From an uncultured Lentisphaerales bacterium (GTDB lineage: Bacteria; Verrucomicrobiota; Lentisphaeria; JABSQK01; UBA12247): a stretch of 64,000 nucleotides of DNA. The translations under genes and the position numbers were made by a program. Below are positions 21,901 to 32,701 of this stretch, piece after piece. The notes under the pieces are model-generated. The model saw only the letters and a list, made by a program, of their open reading frames with translations. It was not told the origin of the DNA and did no database searches. Every line of letters begins with the position of its first letter. Position 1 is the stretch's first letter. The stretch spans positions 64,001 to 128,000 of the forward strand of contig CALSSJ010000002.1 of NCBI GenBank assembly GCA_943788985.1. The letters are read 5' to 3'.

Positions 21901-22905
21901 TTAGAAACTAGCGAGTACGTTCTTGCCGATCACCCGGCCGTTCTCCTGTTCACGATGCGCCGCGATCAGGGTCTCGGCGCTGATCTGCCCTAGGTTCTTG
22001 GTCACTGTCGACACCAGCGTGCCAGCGTCCAGCAGCGCAGATACTCGATTGAGCAGCGCATGCTGCTTGTCGACATCGTGCGTCTGAAATATCGAACGGG
22101 CAAACATGAACTCCCAGCCGAAGCTTAGCGCCTTGGGCTTGATTGAATTGATTTTCAGTGACTGTGGGGCATCAATCAGGGCAATATGGCCGCGCGGTTT
22201 AATCAGCTCTACGATCGCCGAAAAGTGCTGATCAGTGGCTGTGAGAGACGCCACATAACGCGGCTCAAGGCCAAGAGCTTTGACCTGCTCCGCCAGTGAT
22301 TGCCGGTGATCGATCACATGGTCGGCCCCCATCTTCTGGACCCAGGCAATGGTTCCCGGGCTTGATGCCGTCGTAATCACCGTCAGGCGAGTAAACTTCT
22401 TCGCCAGCTGAATTAGGAGCGAGCCCACGCCTCCGGCCCCGCCGATCACCATCAAGCATTCGCCAGCACCGCCACCTTCTTCCAGTGCCAGCAAGTCAAA
22501 CAACAGCTCCCAGGCAGTGATCGACGTCAATGCCAGGCCTGCTGCCTCGGCAAATCCAAGTGCCGCCGGCTTTTCCCCGACAATTCGCTCGTCCACCGCG
22601 TGTAACTCCGAATTCGTTCCTGGCCGGGTCAAGTTACCCGCGTAGAAAACGTCATCTCCCACCGTGAAATTGCGGACTGCGCAGCCCACCTCCCGGACCA
22701 CGCCTGCGGCATCGTAGCCAATAATCTTGGTGCCGGTCTCCGGCCCCATTCGTGAGCGGACCTTTACATCCACCGGATTCACCCCGACTCCGCGAACCTC
22801 GACCAAAAGGTCGCGCGGATTCAGTGGTGGCGTCTCTGTTACGAAATCAATCAGCGCGTTTGCTGCCGAAATCGGACCGGCCTGATTAACGCCCACAGCT
22901 TTCAT
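21901..22905 (-). CDS. Zinc-type alcohol dehydrogenase-like/quinone oxidoreductase (MDR family)
   Basis: [40 protein letters not shown]. Confidence 0.9.
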   Translation of the reverse strand: MKAVGVNQAGPISAANALIDFVTETPPLNPRDLLVEVRGVGVNPVDVKVRSRMGPETGTKIIGYDAAGVVREVGCAVRNFTVGDDVFYAGNLTRPGTNSELHAVDERIVGEKPAALGFAEAAGLALTSITAWELLFDLLALEEGGGAGECLMVIGGAGGVGSLLIQLAKKFTRLTVITTASSPGTIAWVQKMGADHVIDHRQSLAEQVKALGLEPRYVASLTATDQHFSAIVELIKPRGHIALIDAPQSLKINSIKPKALSFGWEFMFARSIFQTHDVDKQHALLNRVSALLDAGTLVSTVTKNLGQISAETLIAAHREQENGRVIGKNVLASF

Positions 22906-23340
22906 GTCCCGACTCCCTCAGTGTGAACTTTCGGGATTTATAGCGTCGAGCGCGGAAGCTAGCAGTCTGTCGGACTTAGAGCACCGAAGCAATAAATCTT
23001 ATCGATTTCGTGCATATTTCAGTAATTGGAGGGGGCATATGCAGATAGATAGCCGAAGTCGCTGGAACAATGCGCAAATGGAGACGGTTTTGCAGCCGGT
23101 GTGGCTAAGTCCGACAGGGCGCTAGGAAGTACAGAATGGCGAGATATCGTCCTAGGTCAAGCATCCGTAAAATGCAGAAGTGTGACCGGAGAAACCGGCA
23201 GCGCTCTTCATGCACGTGAGTTGCATGCGGATCCACCGCAGCGATTTGAAAGGGTTTGCATCGGCACAATCGCGACCTAAGGTGCGACTTTTGCCCCGTC
23301 GTAGTCGGCCGTCCGCCATGCAGATTCTCTGGAGAACGCA

Positions 23341-24024
23341 GTGAAGTTCTTGCTAACAGTCTTGTCCCTTCTGGTGATGCTCATGCTGCCTGCGCACTGC
23401 TTTGCCGCAGATGCTGATGAAGTTCTCGCCGATGCGCGGGAACTGTATACCGCCGGAAGATACGAGGAAGCCCCCAGCGCGTACCAGAAGCTAGACGAAG
23501 ACGCGCTCGCCCCCCAGCAGGCCAGCGCTCTGCAGTGCCAAGCCAAGCCATTCTACATTCTGAAGCGCTATGATGAAGCACAAGCCGCGGTGGACCGCCA
23601 CGCGCAGTTTACCTCTGACCAGATCAGGCCCTATCTCAGGATCCCTGACATGGTCTGGCAGCGGAAAATTTGGCAAGAAACCGAGAAACTCGACGAAGCA
23701 GTCGCCATCTACAGCGAAATACTGGCAATGGACGGCGAGCTAGATCGGCAAAAACTGCTGGCGTGGGAAGCCATTGGCCCGCTCCTGGTCTCGCATAAGC
23801 GCCACAAAAAAGCCGTCAAGGCTTTCAAATTTTTAGCCCCGAGTCAGCTCGCCAACAACTGCGAGCGCGCGGGTGCGATGCTGCACCTAGGCCGTGCCCT
23901 GGTAGAACTTTGGGAGATTAAATCAGCTAGGAAGGTGTTTGCCGAAGTCGCCAGAACCAAGGAATTTCTCGCCACGCATCGGGAGCAGGCAGAGCTTTGG
24001 CTCAAGGATCTGCCGCAGCAATAA
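23341..24024 (+). CDS. Secreted TPR-like helical protein
   Basis: Signal peptide-like N-terminus and TPR-like helices. Confidence 0.65.
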   Translation: MKFLLTVLSLLVMLMLPAHCFAADADEVLADARELYTAGRYEEAPSAYQKLDEDALAPQQASALQCQAKPFYILKRYDEAQAAVDRHAQFTSDQIRPYLRIPDMVWQRKIWQETEKLDEAVAIYSEILAMDGELDRQKLLAWEAIGPLLVSHKRHKKAVKAFKFLAPSQLANNCERAGAMLHLGRALVELWEIKSARKVFAEVARTKEFLATHREQAELWLKDLPQQ

Positions 24025-24070
24025 CCCCGACTCGCCTCCCTCCAGTCGCCATTAGAAACGGAACCGTCCC

Positions 24071-25816
24071 ATGCCTGCCGCTCCCAACGTTGTCTTTGTA
24101 ATCACCGACGATCAGGGCTTCCCTCCCATGGGCTGCCATGGGCACCCCTTCGTGCGTACCCCAAATCTCGACGGCTTTCACGCGCAATCCGCACGCTTTA
24201 CGCAGTTTCACACCGGCACCACCTGCGCACCCACGCGGGCCGGGCTCATGACCGGGCACTACTGCAACTCCACCGGCGTCTGGCACACCATTGGCGGGCG
24301 CTCACTACTGCGCCGCGACGAGTGGTCGCTGGCAAACGCAATGGGAGACGCCGGCTACACCACCGGCTTGTTCGGCAAATGGCACCTCGGCGATGACTAC
24401 CCCTACCGCCCGCAGGATCGCGGCTTCCAGCGCGTGGTCTGTCACGGTGGCGGTGGTATCAGCCAGCAGCCTGACCATTGGGGTAACGACTACTTCGATG
24501 ACACCTACATGGTCGACGGCGAGCCCAAGGCCTTCCAAGGCTATTGCACCGACGTTTTCTTCCGTGAGGCGCTCGACTTCATCGAGTCCAACCGTGATCA
24601 GCCTTTTCTCGCCTATATCTCCACCAACGCGCCACATGGCCCGTTCAATGTCGAGCCACACTATCGCGATCTCTACAAAGACCACACCACCAGTGAGAAC
24701 TACGCGCGATTCCTCGGGATGATCACCAATATCGACGAGAACTTTGGCCGCCTGCGCGACAAGCTTCGGGAACTCGAGTTGGAAGATAACACCATTCTAG
24801 TCTTCATGAGTGACAATGGCCAAACCGGCATCGGCGGCGCTCCGCCAGATATGTACAACGCCAACATGCGCGGCTTCAAAAGCAGTCCCTATGACGGTGG
24901 CCATCGCGTTCCCTTCTTCATTCGTTGGCCAGACGGCGGCATCTCCGATGGCAGAGACCTCGACCAACTGACGAGCTACGTCGACTTCATGCCCACCATC
25001 CTCGACCTCTGCGGCGTACCCGTGCCAGAAGAGCGTTCCTTTCATGGCGAGAGCCTGCTGCCTCTCCTGGAGGACACCATTGACTCACACTGGGCAGAAC
25101 GCGTAATCACCACCGACACGCAGCGCGTCGCGCATCCGCTCAAATGGCGGCACAGCTGCGTCATGAAGGATTCCTGGCGCCTCGTCAATCGCAACGAGCT
25201 GTACCACATCACCGATGATCCGAGTCAGACCCAAGACATCAGTGCAGCGCATCCAGACCTCGTCGTCGAACTACAAGATCAGTACGAGCGGTGGTGGGAG
25301 CTATGCTCTCGCCAAGACAACGACGAGATTCCCATCTCTATCGGCTCTGACGCGCAGGAAATCACCGTCTTGCGGACCCATGACATCCGCAACGAGCAGG
25401 ACCACATGGGCGTCTGGGACCAATCCCAAGTCCGCCAAGGTGGCCAAGCCCATGGCTGGTGGGACGTCATGGTCGAGGCCGCTGGCGAGTACGAGTTTGA
25501 CCTGCGTCGGTGGCCCGACGAAGCTGGCCACCGAGTCCGCGGGGGGATTGAGGGCGACGACATTGTCTATCGCGAGGATGGCATCCAGCCTGGCGCCGAA
25601 GGCACCTACTCCGGCGGCGTTGCTTTAGACATCAACACAGCCGCTCTCTACATCTCCGGCATGCCCGAGAGCTGGGTCCCCGTAAACGATCAGGATCGCG
25701 GCACGGTCATTCGCGTCTCTCTGTCTGAAGGGCTGCGCAAGGTACGGGCCCAATTCTCAGCCTCATCCGGATTTTACAGCTCCGCCTACTACGTCTACGT
25801 GCGTCGCGTTTCCTAG
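24071..25816 (+). CDS. Formylglycine-dependent arylsulfatase
   Basis: PNVVFVITDDQG, CAPTRAGLMTG (CxPxR), FGKWHLG, APHGP, SDNG; no signal peptide. Confidence 0.93.
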   Translation: MPAAPNVVFVITDDQGFPPMGCHGHPFVRTPNLDGFHAQSARFTQFHTGTTCAPTRAGLMTGHYCNSTGVWHTIGGRSLLRRDEWSLANAMGDAGYTTGLFGKWHLGDDYPYRPQDRGFQRVVCHGGGGISQQPDHWGNDYFDDTYMVDGEPKAFQGYCTDVFFREALDFIESNRDQPFLAYISTNAPHGPFNVEPHYRDLYKDHTTSENYARFLGMITNIDENFGRLRDKLRELELEDNTILVFMSDNGQTGIGGAPPDMYNANMRGFKSSPYDGGHRVPFFIRWPDGGISDGRDLDQLTSYVDFMPTILDLCGVPVPEERSFHGESLLPLLEDTIDSHWAERVITTDTQRVAHPLKWRHSCVMKDSWRLVNRNELYHITDDPSQTQDISAAHPDLVVELQDQYERWWELCSRQDNDEIPISIGSDAQEITVLRTHDIRNEQDHMGVWDQSQVRQGGQAHGWWDVMVEAAGEYEFDLRRWPDEAGHRVRGGIEGDDIVYREDGIQPGAEGTYSGGVALDINTAALYISGMPESWVPVNDQDRGTVIRVSLSEGLRKVRAQFSASSGFYSSAYYVYVRRVS

Positions 25817-25867
25817 GATAGGTCAGCTGGCTGCTTGGCGCCAGCACCCCGCCGCAGTTCCAGTGAT

Positions 25868-26362
25868 CTACTTGCGCCGGGGGCGAATCACCAGAACTTC
25901 GGTGGCCCAGAACTCTTCGAGATCGTAGAGCATCTGCCTCAGGCGGCTACGAGACGAGCCGCTTGACGACTGAAGGGCGTCGACTTCGTCGCGAATCTGG
26001 GCGAAGTGCCCATTCATGTTGACGACGCGTCCGGCCAAAATCTGGGCTACGTTGAGGGCCGCGGCAGAGTCAGCGCCCAAGAAGTTGTTGAAGTCTTCGA
26101 TGACATACACTGTGGCATTGGTCTTGGCAGTGACGGTCGCCGACACCTCACAGCCTAGCAAGGCCGAAATTTCACCGATGACCGCGCCTTCCGTATCCAC
26201 TTTGCAGACTACGTTTCCAGACACAGAAACTGAAAGGGTCCCGCTCTGCAAAATGTAGGCCTGTGACTTGCGCGCGCCTTGTTCGAGGATGATTTCTCCT
26301 GCAGAAAAACTGCGGGAGGGCAAGTTAGAGATATCCAGACTTGCTTCCATGATTGCCTCCAC
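25868..26362 (-). CDS. Cyclic-nucleotide-binding domain protein
   Basis: GEIILEQG, YILQSG, GEISALL, SATV; no HTH seen. Confidence 0.8.
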   Translation of the reverse strand: MEAIMEASLDISNLPSRSFSAGEIILEQGARKSQAYILQSGTLSVSVSGNVVCKVDTEGAVIGEISALLGCEVSATVTAKTNATVYVIEDFNNFLGADSAAALNVAQILAGRVVNMNGHFAQIRDEVDALQSSSGSSRSRLRQMLYDLEEFWATEVLVIRPRRK

Positions 26363-26452
26363 TTCTCTGAGATGGGCGAGCGCCCCCTGCCTGCCTGCAA
26401 GTTACGCACGCCGTATTCATTTGACAAGTGGTATACGAAAAAGGATCAGTTG

Positions 26453-27745
26453 CTAGCGCCTGCGGCCTGCTTGCCAAGGGATGCGCGTCGCAGCCGCGAG
26501 CGCGCATGCGGGGATGATCGCTAGCACAGCCGTGGAGATGCGTAGTTCTCCGGCGACAGCCCGAACACCGGCAAATATCAGCGGCCCGACCGCGCTGGTC
26601 ATGACCAGCAGAGAATGAAGCTTGCCGTTGATCGCCCCTAACTCTGAACGTCCGAAGCACGCAGGGACGGCAGTGCTCATGATCGGTCCCATGGTTCCCG
26701 TGGTCAAGCCAAGCGTCACCGCCGCCAGCGTGTGCATGCCGGGGCGATCCATGACGGCAAGCGATAGATAGGCGATGGTGGCATTGATGCCCATAAAGGT
26801 CAGCATAGCGCGCGCACCCAGCCGGTCACTCAGCCAGGCCATGGTGAAGCCGGTCGGGATGCTGATGATGGCTACCGGCACAAAGAAGGCCATCGCGGCC
26901 TTGGTCGAGATGCCGCTCTCTGGCCCGATTGACTGGAGATGAAAGGTGTAGCCGGTCAGCACGGTTCCGTGGGCGCAGAGCATCAGCGCGATCACGAGGA
27001 ACTCGAGGCTGCGAACTGCTTCAGTCGCTGGCCGGTCCACGACCGCTGTCTGGGCCGTGGTGGTGGAGCCTTGCTCGCCGTCCACCGATAGGCCGCAGGC
27101 TTCGGGGGTGTCGCGGCAGAAGAGCCAGGCGATCGCCGTGACGCCCAGCCCTAGGACCAACGCCAGGCGGAGCCAGCCGCCATCCCAATCATACAGGTCG
27201 ACCAGGTCAGACATGGCCTTGGGGGCATAGCTGAAGGCCAGGCCGTTTACTACGCCCAAAAGGGCGGCAGCGCGGGCGCGTCGCCGATCGAACCACTTGC
27301 CGACCAGCGTATTGGCGATGATGGGCAGCAAGCCCTGACCGAAGAAGCGCACGCCCAGAAATCCGCAAGCCATAGTCACCATGAAAACAGGGGTTGCGAA
27401 CTCCGCAGCTGGCTTCAGCTGCTGAAGCACCTTGACCAACGTGAATAGGGTCAGGGCCAGACAGGCGGTTGTCATGCAGTAGGCTCGGCGCGCGCCGAGG
27501 CGATCCACTAGCCTGCCTGCGCTCGGCAGGACCAAACCGCTCGTCGCCGTACCGAGCAAGTAGGCAATACTCAGCTGCAGATCTGAGAGGCCGGTTACGG
27601 CGCAGAGGGGCTGGGTAAAGGCCGCGATGCCGGCAGTCTGGCCCGGAAGGCTGGAGAACATTGCCAGGACGGCCAGCAGCAGGATGGCCCACCCGTAATA
27701 AAATGGGACACGTGTTACATCGAACGGTAGCTTGGCCGCAAACAT
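26453..27745 (-). CDS. MFS transporter
   Basis: FYYGW start, GRLVDRLGAR, WFDRRRARA, LSDRLG, about 12 TM segments. Confidence 0.88.
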   Translation of the reverse strand: MFAAKLPFDVTRVPFYYGWAILLLAVLAMFSSLPGQTAGIAAFTQPLCAVTGLSDLQLSIAYLLGTATSGLVLPSAGRLVDRLGARRAYCMTTACLALTLFTLVKVLQQLKPAAEFATPVFMVTMACGFLGVRFFGQGLLPIIANTLVGKWFDRRRARAAALLGVVNGLAFSYAPKAMSDLVDLYDWDGGWLRLALVLGLGVTAIAWLFCRDTPEACGLSVDGEQGSTTTAQTAVVDRPATEAVRSLEFLVIALMLCAHGTVLTGYTFHLQSIGPESGISTKAAMAFFVPVAIISIPTGFTMAWLSDRLGARAMLTFMGINATIAYLSLAVMDRPGMHTLAAVTLGLTTGTMGPIMSTAVPACFGRSELGAINGKLHSLLVMTSAVGPLIFAGVRAVAGELRISTAVLAIIPACALAAATRIPWQAGRRR

Positions 27746-27909
27746 TGCGTCCCCTCGAGGGCTGAAAATACAGCCGGTGGATAAAACCGCATGATACACA
27801 CCTGCGCCACACACTCCATGCTGATTCGTCGCCGGCGGTTGCAATCCAATGCAGGCCGAGCTATGGTGCTATCATAGTTTGCAGGAAGAGCCACCTCAGA
27901 GGAAGGATC

Positions 27910-28206
27910 ATGGATGATCAAGATGAACCAGCCGTAGTATTTACCGGCGGCCCGATTGAGGCTGGCCTTCTGCAGGGCAAACTGGCAGATTCGGAGATTC
28001 GGAGCTTTTTGCACAATGAGTATATGGGGGGTCTCGGAACCACTGCCATTGGTGTGCGGGTCGCTGTCCGAGCACTGGACTTGGCGGCAGCTCTGCCTGT
28101 CGTGAATGCATTCAATGACGCGCGCCTAAATGAGCCTAGCGACACTGAGGACAGCGAGATTGAGGACGGCGATGCCCCTGAGCTTGACGTCGGCGAGCCT
28201 TCCTGA
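27910..28206 (+). CDS. DUF2007-like small protein
   Basis: IEAGLLQGKL..EI pattern followed by VRVAV; acidic tail; GGAAGGA RBS. Confidence 0.65.
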   Translation: MDDQDEPAVVFTGGPIEAGLLQGKLADSEIRSFLHNEYMGGLGTTAIGVRVAVRALDLAAALPVVNAFNDARLNEPSDTEDSEIEDGDAPELDVGEPS

Positions 28207-28208
28207 TT

Positions 28209-28544
28209 TTGCTGGCGCGCAGAGTCTGGCTGGGGCTACTCTTCTTGGGCGTCCTCGCGGTCGGATGCCGGACGAGTGGTCCGCAGAAGGAACGCGTTTC
28301 AAGCGATGCGATACCGGTAATTGTCAGCAAGACCGTCATTCTGGTCAACGGCGAGCAGTTTGAGCTGCGCGACCTCGCGCTTGGGGTTGCTTTCGAAGGG
28401 CTCCCCCCATCCCCTCGCTTCTTCGACATGCAGGTGATTCGTGGCGTCTCAGAGCGGCGTCTTTACCGGATCGAGAGCTATCTCAGCGGCCATCTTAAAG
28501 ATGGCGATCAGTACCGGGTGACGATCGTAGACCCGCCTGATTGA
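28209..28544 (+). CDS. Hypothetical lipoprotein
   Basis: Lipobox-like LAVGC after a hydrophobic stretch. Confidence 0.6.
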   Translation: MLARRVWLGLLFLGVLAVGCRTSGPQKERVSSDAIPVIVSKTVILVNGEQFELRDLALGVAFEGLPPSPRFFDMQVIRGVSERRLYRIESYLSGHLKDGDQYRVTIVDPPD

Positions 28545-28638
28545 CTGTGTGGTGTTCACCGCTGTACTAAATCAACGGTTCGTCTCATGTCATGCTGCAG
28601 GCTGTAACTGAAGGTAGCTTGGCCGTGTGGCGGTGCGT

Positions 28639-29364
28639 CTATTTGGCGGGCGGTGTTTCGCCAGAATCCGCCGGCAGGCCTGCGTTGTAAGACGGCAGCG
28701 CCCTCAGGCCACGGGACCAGTGCGTGTTCACCAGCAGTTGGATTTCCGGACCAAGCGAACTCTGTGCCTTCGCCAGTATGGCATCGGACTCTTCCAACTC
28801 GCCTCGATGGAAGTGGATGCAGGCCTGCATGAAATCGAAGGGACCAGAAAAGGTGCCGCCAAGCTTGGCGTATCCTTCATCGATGACCTTCTGCGCCTCA
28901 TCATAGCGATGGAGGCACATCAGAGCTGCGGAGAGATTCGTATACGCCTCAATGCGCTCCGGGGCAATTTTCTTGAAATGCGTAAAGAAATTGACCGCTT
29001 CGTGGTAGCGATGATCGACGAAGGCCAGCTGCCCCACTGCCTGCATCGGACCGGGGCGGACTTCCCAAAGCAGGACATTGCGAAACAATTCCTCCGCCTC
29101 AAGCACGTTTCCAGCCCGCCACTCACCGTAGGCGCGATCTGTCAGACCCTTAACGAGGGTCCCTACATTCATCTCGATGACCGGGGGCGGCATTTCGAGC
29201 TGGGCCTCGAACTCTGCCGGGTTGATGGACATCGTCGGGCGCGGGCCATAGGAAACCGCAGCATAGACATTCGTGCGGGGGGCCCCAATCGCGATTAACA
29301 CCGTGATTGTGACTGTGACTGCCAGCGAAATGCTGAGAATCAAAACGCTGCGGTGGGTGTTCAA
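28639..29364 (-). CDS. Membrane-anchored TPR protein
   Basis: N-terminal hydrophobic helix; TPR-like EAYTNLSAAL..L.RYDEA. Confidence 0.65.
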   Translation of the reverse strand: MNTHRSVLILSISLAVTVTITVLIAIGAPRTNVYAAVSYGPRPTMSINPAEFEAQLEMPPPVIEMNVGTLVKGLTDRAYGEWRAGNVLEAEELFRNVLLWEVRPGPMQAVGQLAFVDHRYHEAVNFFTHFKKIAPERIEAYTNLSAALMCLHRYDEAQKVIDEGYAKLGGTFSGPFDFMQACIHFHRGELEESDAILAKAQSSLGPEIQLLVNTHWSRGLRALPSYNAGLPADSGETPPAK

Positions 29365-29479
29365 AAAGGCTGCCTCTGTCCTTCTGGGGTCTAGTCGACG
29401 ATACTCTGGTAGCGTTGACGCGGACGCGTAAGTTGTGGCCGTCTACTAGAATTACAATCTACGATTTTGGAAGCCCAAG

Positions 29480-31048
29480 ATGCCTAAAGCCTCTCAGGAA
29501 TTATTCATAACTCGCGAATACTCAGGGTTTTCCCTCGATTTAAGAAACTCTGAAAAGCACCTGCAACAGTTACCAAAACTGGCGCAGACATTTGCGGCTG
29601 TGCATGCGCAGATGCAGTGCATTGAGGCGGGGGATATCAAGAATCCGGACGAAGGCAGGCAAGTTACACACTTTGGGGATCGGGCAGTTTACGCAAGCAG
29701 CGAGCTGTTCGCCGACGTCGAGGCATTTTTTGCAGCTGTGCGCAGCGGTGAACTGCTGTTGAACGGCAAGCGTGTATCTGCCGTGGTCATCAACGGGATC
29801 GGCGGGTCCGCCTTGGGGCCCCAGCTTGCGCAGTTCGCACTTCGCGGTCCGTATTGGAACGAGCTGAGCGCCGAGCAGCGCGACGGAAACCCGAAGCTGT
29901 ACATTCTCGATAACACAGATCCGGCTGGCATCCATGACCTTTGTGCGGTAGCCGACTGGTCCACGACTCTGGTCATTACCATCTCCAAGAGCGGCGGCAC
30001 ACGCGAGCCGCGCAACAACATGTTCGCCCTCCAAGCCATCTACGAGCGCGCAGGCCTGAACTTTGCCGCTCATGCCGGTGCGGTGACCATGGCCGGTAGC
30101 GCGCTCGATCAGCACGCCGAGACGAATGGCTGGCGCAAGCGCTGGCACATGGCTGAGTCCATCGGTGGACGCACCAGCGAAACGGCCGTGGTCGGTCACG
30201 TGCCCGCCGCTGCCGCAGGTATTGATTTTGGTCAGTTGCTCGAGGGGGCAGTCTTGATGGACGAGTGGACGCGCGATCCAGACCCCTATACCAATCCTTC
30301 GTATCTGCTGGCAGCCTCCTGGTACCTCCTCGGCGATGGTCGCGGAGATCGCAACATGGTCGTCCTGCCGTACTCTGACCGTCTAGTGTTGCTGGCGCGC
30401 TATCTTCAGCAGCTCGTGATGGAAAGCGTCGGGAAGGGCACAGATTTGCGCGGCGTGCCAGTCGAGCAAGGGCTTAACGTATTTGGGAACAAGGGCGGGT
30501 CCGATGCCCACGCCTTTGTCCAGCAGTTGCAGGAAGGCCGAGACGATTTCTTCGTGACGTTCGTGGAAGTGCTCGAGGACCCAGCGCACTATAATGCGGA
30601 ACAAGGGCTCAGCATGGCGGACTACCTTCATAACTTCCTCGGTGGGCTGGTAGACGCACTGGCCAGCAAGAACCGTCCGGTGATGACCATTACGATCGAG
30701 GCACTCACGCCTGCCGCACTTGGCATGTTGATTGCTCTCTTTGAGCGTGCGGTTGCCGCTTACGCCGAACTCGTGCAGGTAAACGCCTTTCATCAGCCCG
30801 GCGTCCAAGCCTACAAGCTCGCCAGTGGGGATATGGATGCCTTGGCCCAGGCGCTGCAGAAGCATGTCGCCGCCAATGCCGGGAGCGAAGGCCCGGCTGC
30901 GGAGATCGCAGCCGGACTTGGAGCCGCCCAGGCCGTCGAAGGTGTACTGGCCAAGTGGGCCGTAAACGGGCGCAGCTTTGGTGGCGTGACCGTATCCCGT
31001 AGCTTCGACAACGGCACCTGGATTTACGCTTTCCGCGGAGGGAGTTGA
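29480..31048 (+). CDS. pgi: Glucose-6-phosphate isomerase
   Basis: GIGGSALGP, SKSGGT, IGGRTS, QQLVMESVGK, NAFHQPGV. Confidence 0.93.
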   Translation: MPKASQELFITREYSGFSLDLRNSEKHLQQLPKLAQTFAAVHAQMQCIEAGDIKNPDEGRQVTHFGDRAVYASSELFADVEAFFAAVRSGELLLNGKRVSAVVINGIGGSALGPQLAQFALRGPYWNELSAEQRDGNPKLYILDNTDPAGIHDLCAVADWSTTLVITISKSGGTREPRNNMFALQAIYERAGLNFAAHAGAVTMAGSALDQHAETNGWRKRWHMAESIGGRTSETAVVGHVPAAAAGIDFGQLLEGAVLMDEWTRDPDPYTNPSYLLAASWYLLGDGRGDRNMVVLPYSDRLVLLARYLQQLVMESVGKGTDLRGVPVEQGLNVFGNKGGSDAHAFVQQLQEGRDDFFVTFVEVLEDPAHYNAEQGLSMADYLHNFLGGLVDALASKNRPVMTITIEALTPAALGMLIALFERAVAAYAELVQVNAFHQPGVQAYKLASGDMDALAQALQKHVAANAGSEGPAAEIAAGLGAAQAVEGVLAKWAVNGRSFGGVTVSRSFDNGTWIYAFRGGS

Positions 31049-32013
31049 TGCGAATCCTGACGGGAGTTCAGCCATCTGGCGATCTTCACATCGGCAATTA
31101 CTTCGGGGCCATGAAGCCATCCATCGACTTACAGGGTCAAGGCCAGACCTTTCTGTTTGTCGCGGACTATCATGCCCTCACGCAGAATCCGGACCCGGAA
31201 TTGTTGCGTGAGCGCGTGCGTGGCGTGGTGCTGGACTGGCTGGCTGCGGGGCTTGCTCCCGAGCAGACGGTTCTCTATCGGCAGTCTGATATTCCTGCGG
31301 TCCAGGAACTCAGCTGGATCCTGTGCTGCTTCACGCCCGTTGGGCTATTGGAGCGCTGTCATAGCTACAAGGACAAGGTCGCGCAAGGCCTGACGCCAAA
31401 CCACGGGCTGTTCACCTATCCGGTGCTGATGGCGGCCGATATACTGCTCTATGACGCGAACGTGGTCCCGGTCGGCAAAGACCAGAAGCAACATCTCGAA
31501 GTCACGCGCGATCTCGCGATCCGGTTCAACAATGCGCACGGAGACATCCTCGTGGTGCCAGAGCCGCGCATTCGCGAAGAACTCGCCACCGTAGCGGGGG
31601 TAGACGGCCGCAAGATGTCCAAGAGCTATGACAACACCATCCCGCTTTTCGGCGCCGAAAAGCAGATTCGCAAAAAGTGCTTCATGAAGATCGTCACCGA
31701 CTCCACGCCGCAGGACGAGCCCAAGAATCCCGATACCTGCAACGTCTTCTCTATCTACAGCCTGTTCGCGAACGAGGACGAGTTGGAAGAGATGCGTGCG
31801 AACTACGCAACGCCCGGCTTTGGCTATGGCCATGCCAAGCAGGCTGCGTTCGAGGCATACTGGGAGTACTTTCGGACGTTCCGCGAACGCCGTGAAGAGC
31901 TTGCCGCCGATCCGGGCTATGTCGACCAGATCCTGGCCCGCGGGACCGAACAGGCCCGTGATATCGCCAGTGGCACCATGGCGCGCGTCCGCAAGGCCGT
32001 AGGGCTGCGATGA
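31045..32013 (+). CDS. trpS: Tryptophan-tRNA ligase
   Basis: TGVQPSG.LHIGNY, YPVLMAADIL, VPVGKDQKQH, KMSKSY. Confidence 0.97.
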   Translation: MMRILTGVQPSGDLHIGNYFGAMKPSIDLQGQGQTFLFVADYHALTQNPDPELLRERVRGVVLDWLAAGLAPEQTVLYRQSDIPAVQELSWILCCFTPVGLLERCHSYKDKVAQGLTPNHGLFTYPVLMAADILLYDANVVPVGKDQKQHLEVTRDLAIRFNNAHGDILVVPEPRIREELATVAGVDGRKMSKSYDNTIPLFGAEKQIRKKCFMKIVTDSTPQDEPKNPDTCNVFSIYSLFANEDELEEMRANYATPGFGYGHAKQAAFEAYWEYFRTFRERREELAADPGYVDQILARGTEQARDIASGTMARVRKAVGLR

Positions 32014-32684
32014 TCAAACTCCATCAGCTCCCACTGGGGCCGGCCGATAATTTAATCTACCTGCTGCAGGACGAGGCAACCCAGGCTACCGCTGTGATCG
32101 ACCCGGCCTGGGATGTCCCGGCTATAATGGAACAGGCGGCTGTCCGCGGCTGCGTCATCGACCGCATCCTACTCACGCACACCCATCATGATCACGTCAA
32201 TGGCGTGGATCAGTTGTTGGACCATTGCGACGTGCCTGTTTTTGTGCACCCGCGAGAAGTGCCCGTTTGGCCTGGCACGCCCGAGACGTGGCACCCCTTA
32301 GCAGAGGGCGATGTCCTGCATCTGGGCGAGACCGAGCTGCGCGTCCTCGAGACACCCGGTCACTCCCCCGGCGGAGTCTGCTTCCAGTTCGATAGCCGCA
32401 TGATTGTCGGGGACACCATCTTTGTCTACGGGTGCGGCCACTGCCGCGCGCCCGGAGCGGACCCAGCCCAGCTGTTCGCTTCGCTGCAGCGTCTGAAGCA
32501 AGAGGTCCTGCCGGAGACCACCTTGTATCCCGGGCATGATTACGGCGCCACCTCGGTGACTACCATGGCCGAACAACGCGCCGGAAACCCCTGGCTGCAA
32601 CTTAGCGATGAAGCCGCGTTCATTCGCCATCGTCGTCACGGCTGCGGCCGCTCCACCCCCTACGGGCCTTACACCTTTACCTGA
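32010..32684 (+). CDS. MBL-fold hydrolase (glyoxalase II-like)
   Basis: THTHHDH, TPGHSPG, GDT, YPGHDY. Confidence 0.88.
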   Translation: MIKLHQLPLGPADNLIYLLQDEATQATAVIDPAWDVPAIMEQAAVRGCVIDRILLTHTHHDHVNGVDQLLDHCDVPVFVHPREVPVWPGTPETWHPLAEGDVLHLGETELRVLETPGHSPGGVCFQFDSRMIVGDTIFVYGCGHCRAPGADPAQLFASLQRLKQEVLPETTLYPGHDYGATSVTTMAEQRAGNPWLQLSDEAAFIRHRRHGCGRSTPYGPYTFT

Positions 32685-32701
32685 AATCTACGAGTGCAGT
32701 T

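Noticed and set aside
22904..23340. Possible divergent regulator (LysR-like MQIDS start at 23039) upstream of the MDR gene
   Set aside because: The frame closes at 23125 with no HTH motif; too little evidence to call even a pseudogene.
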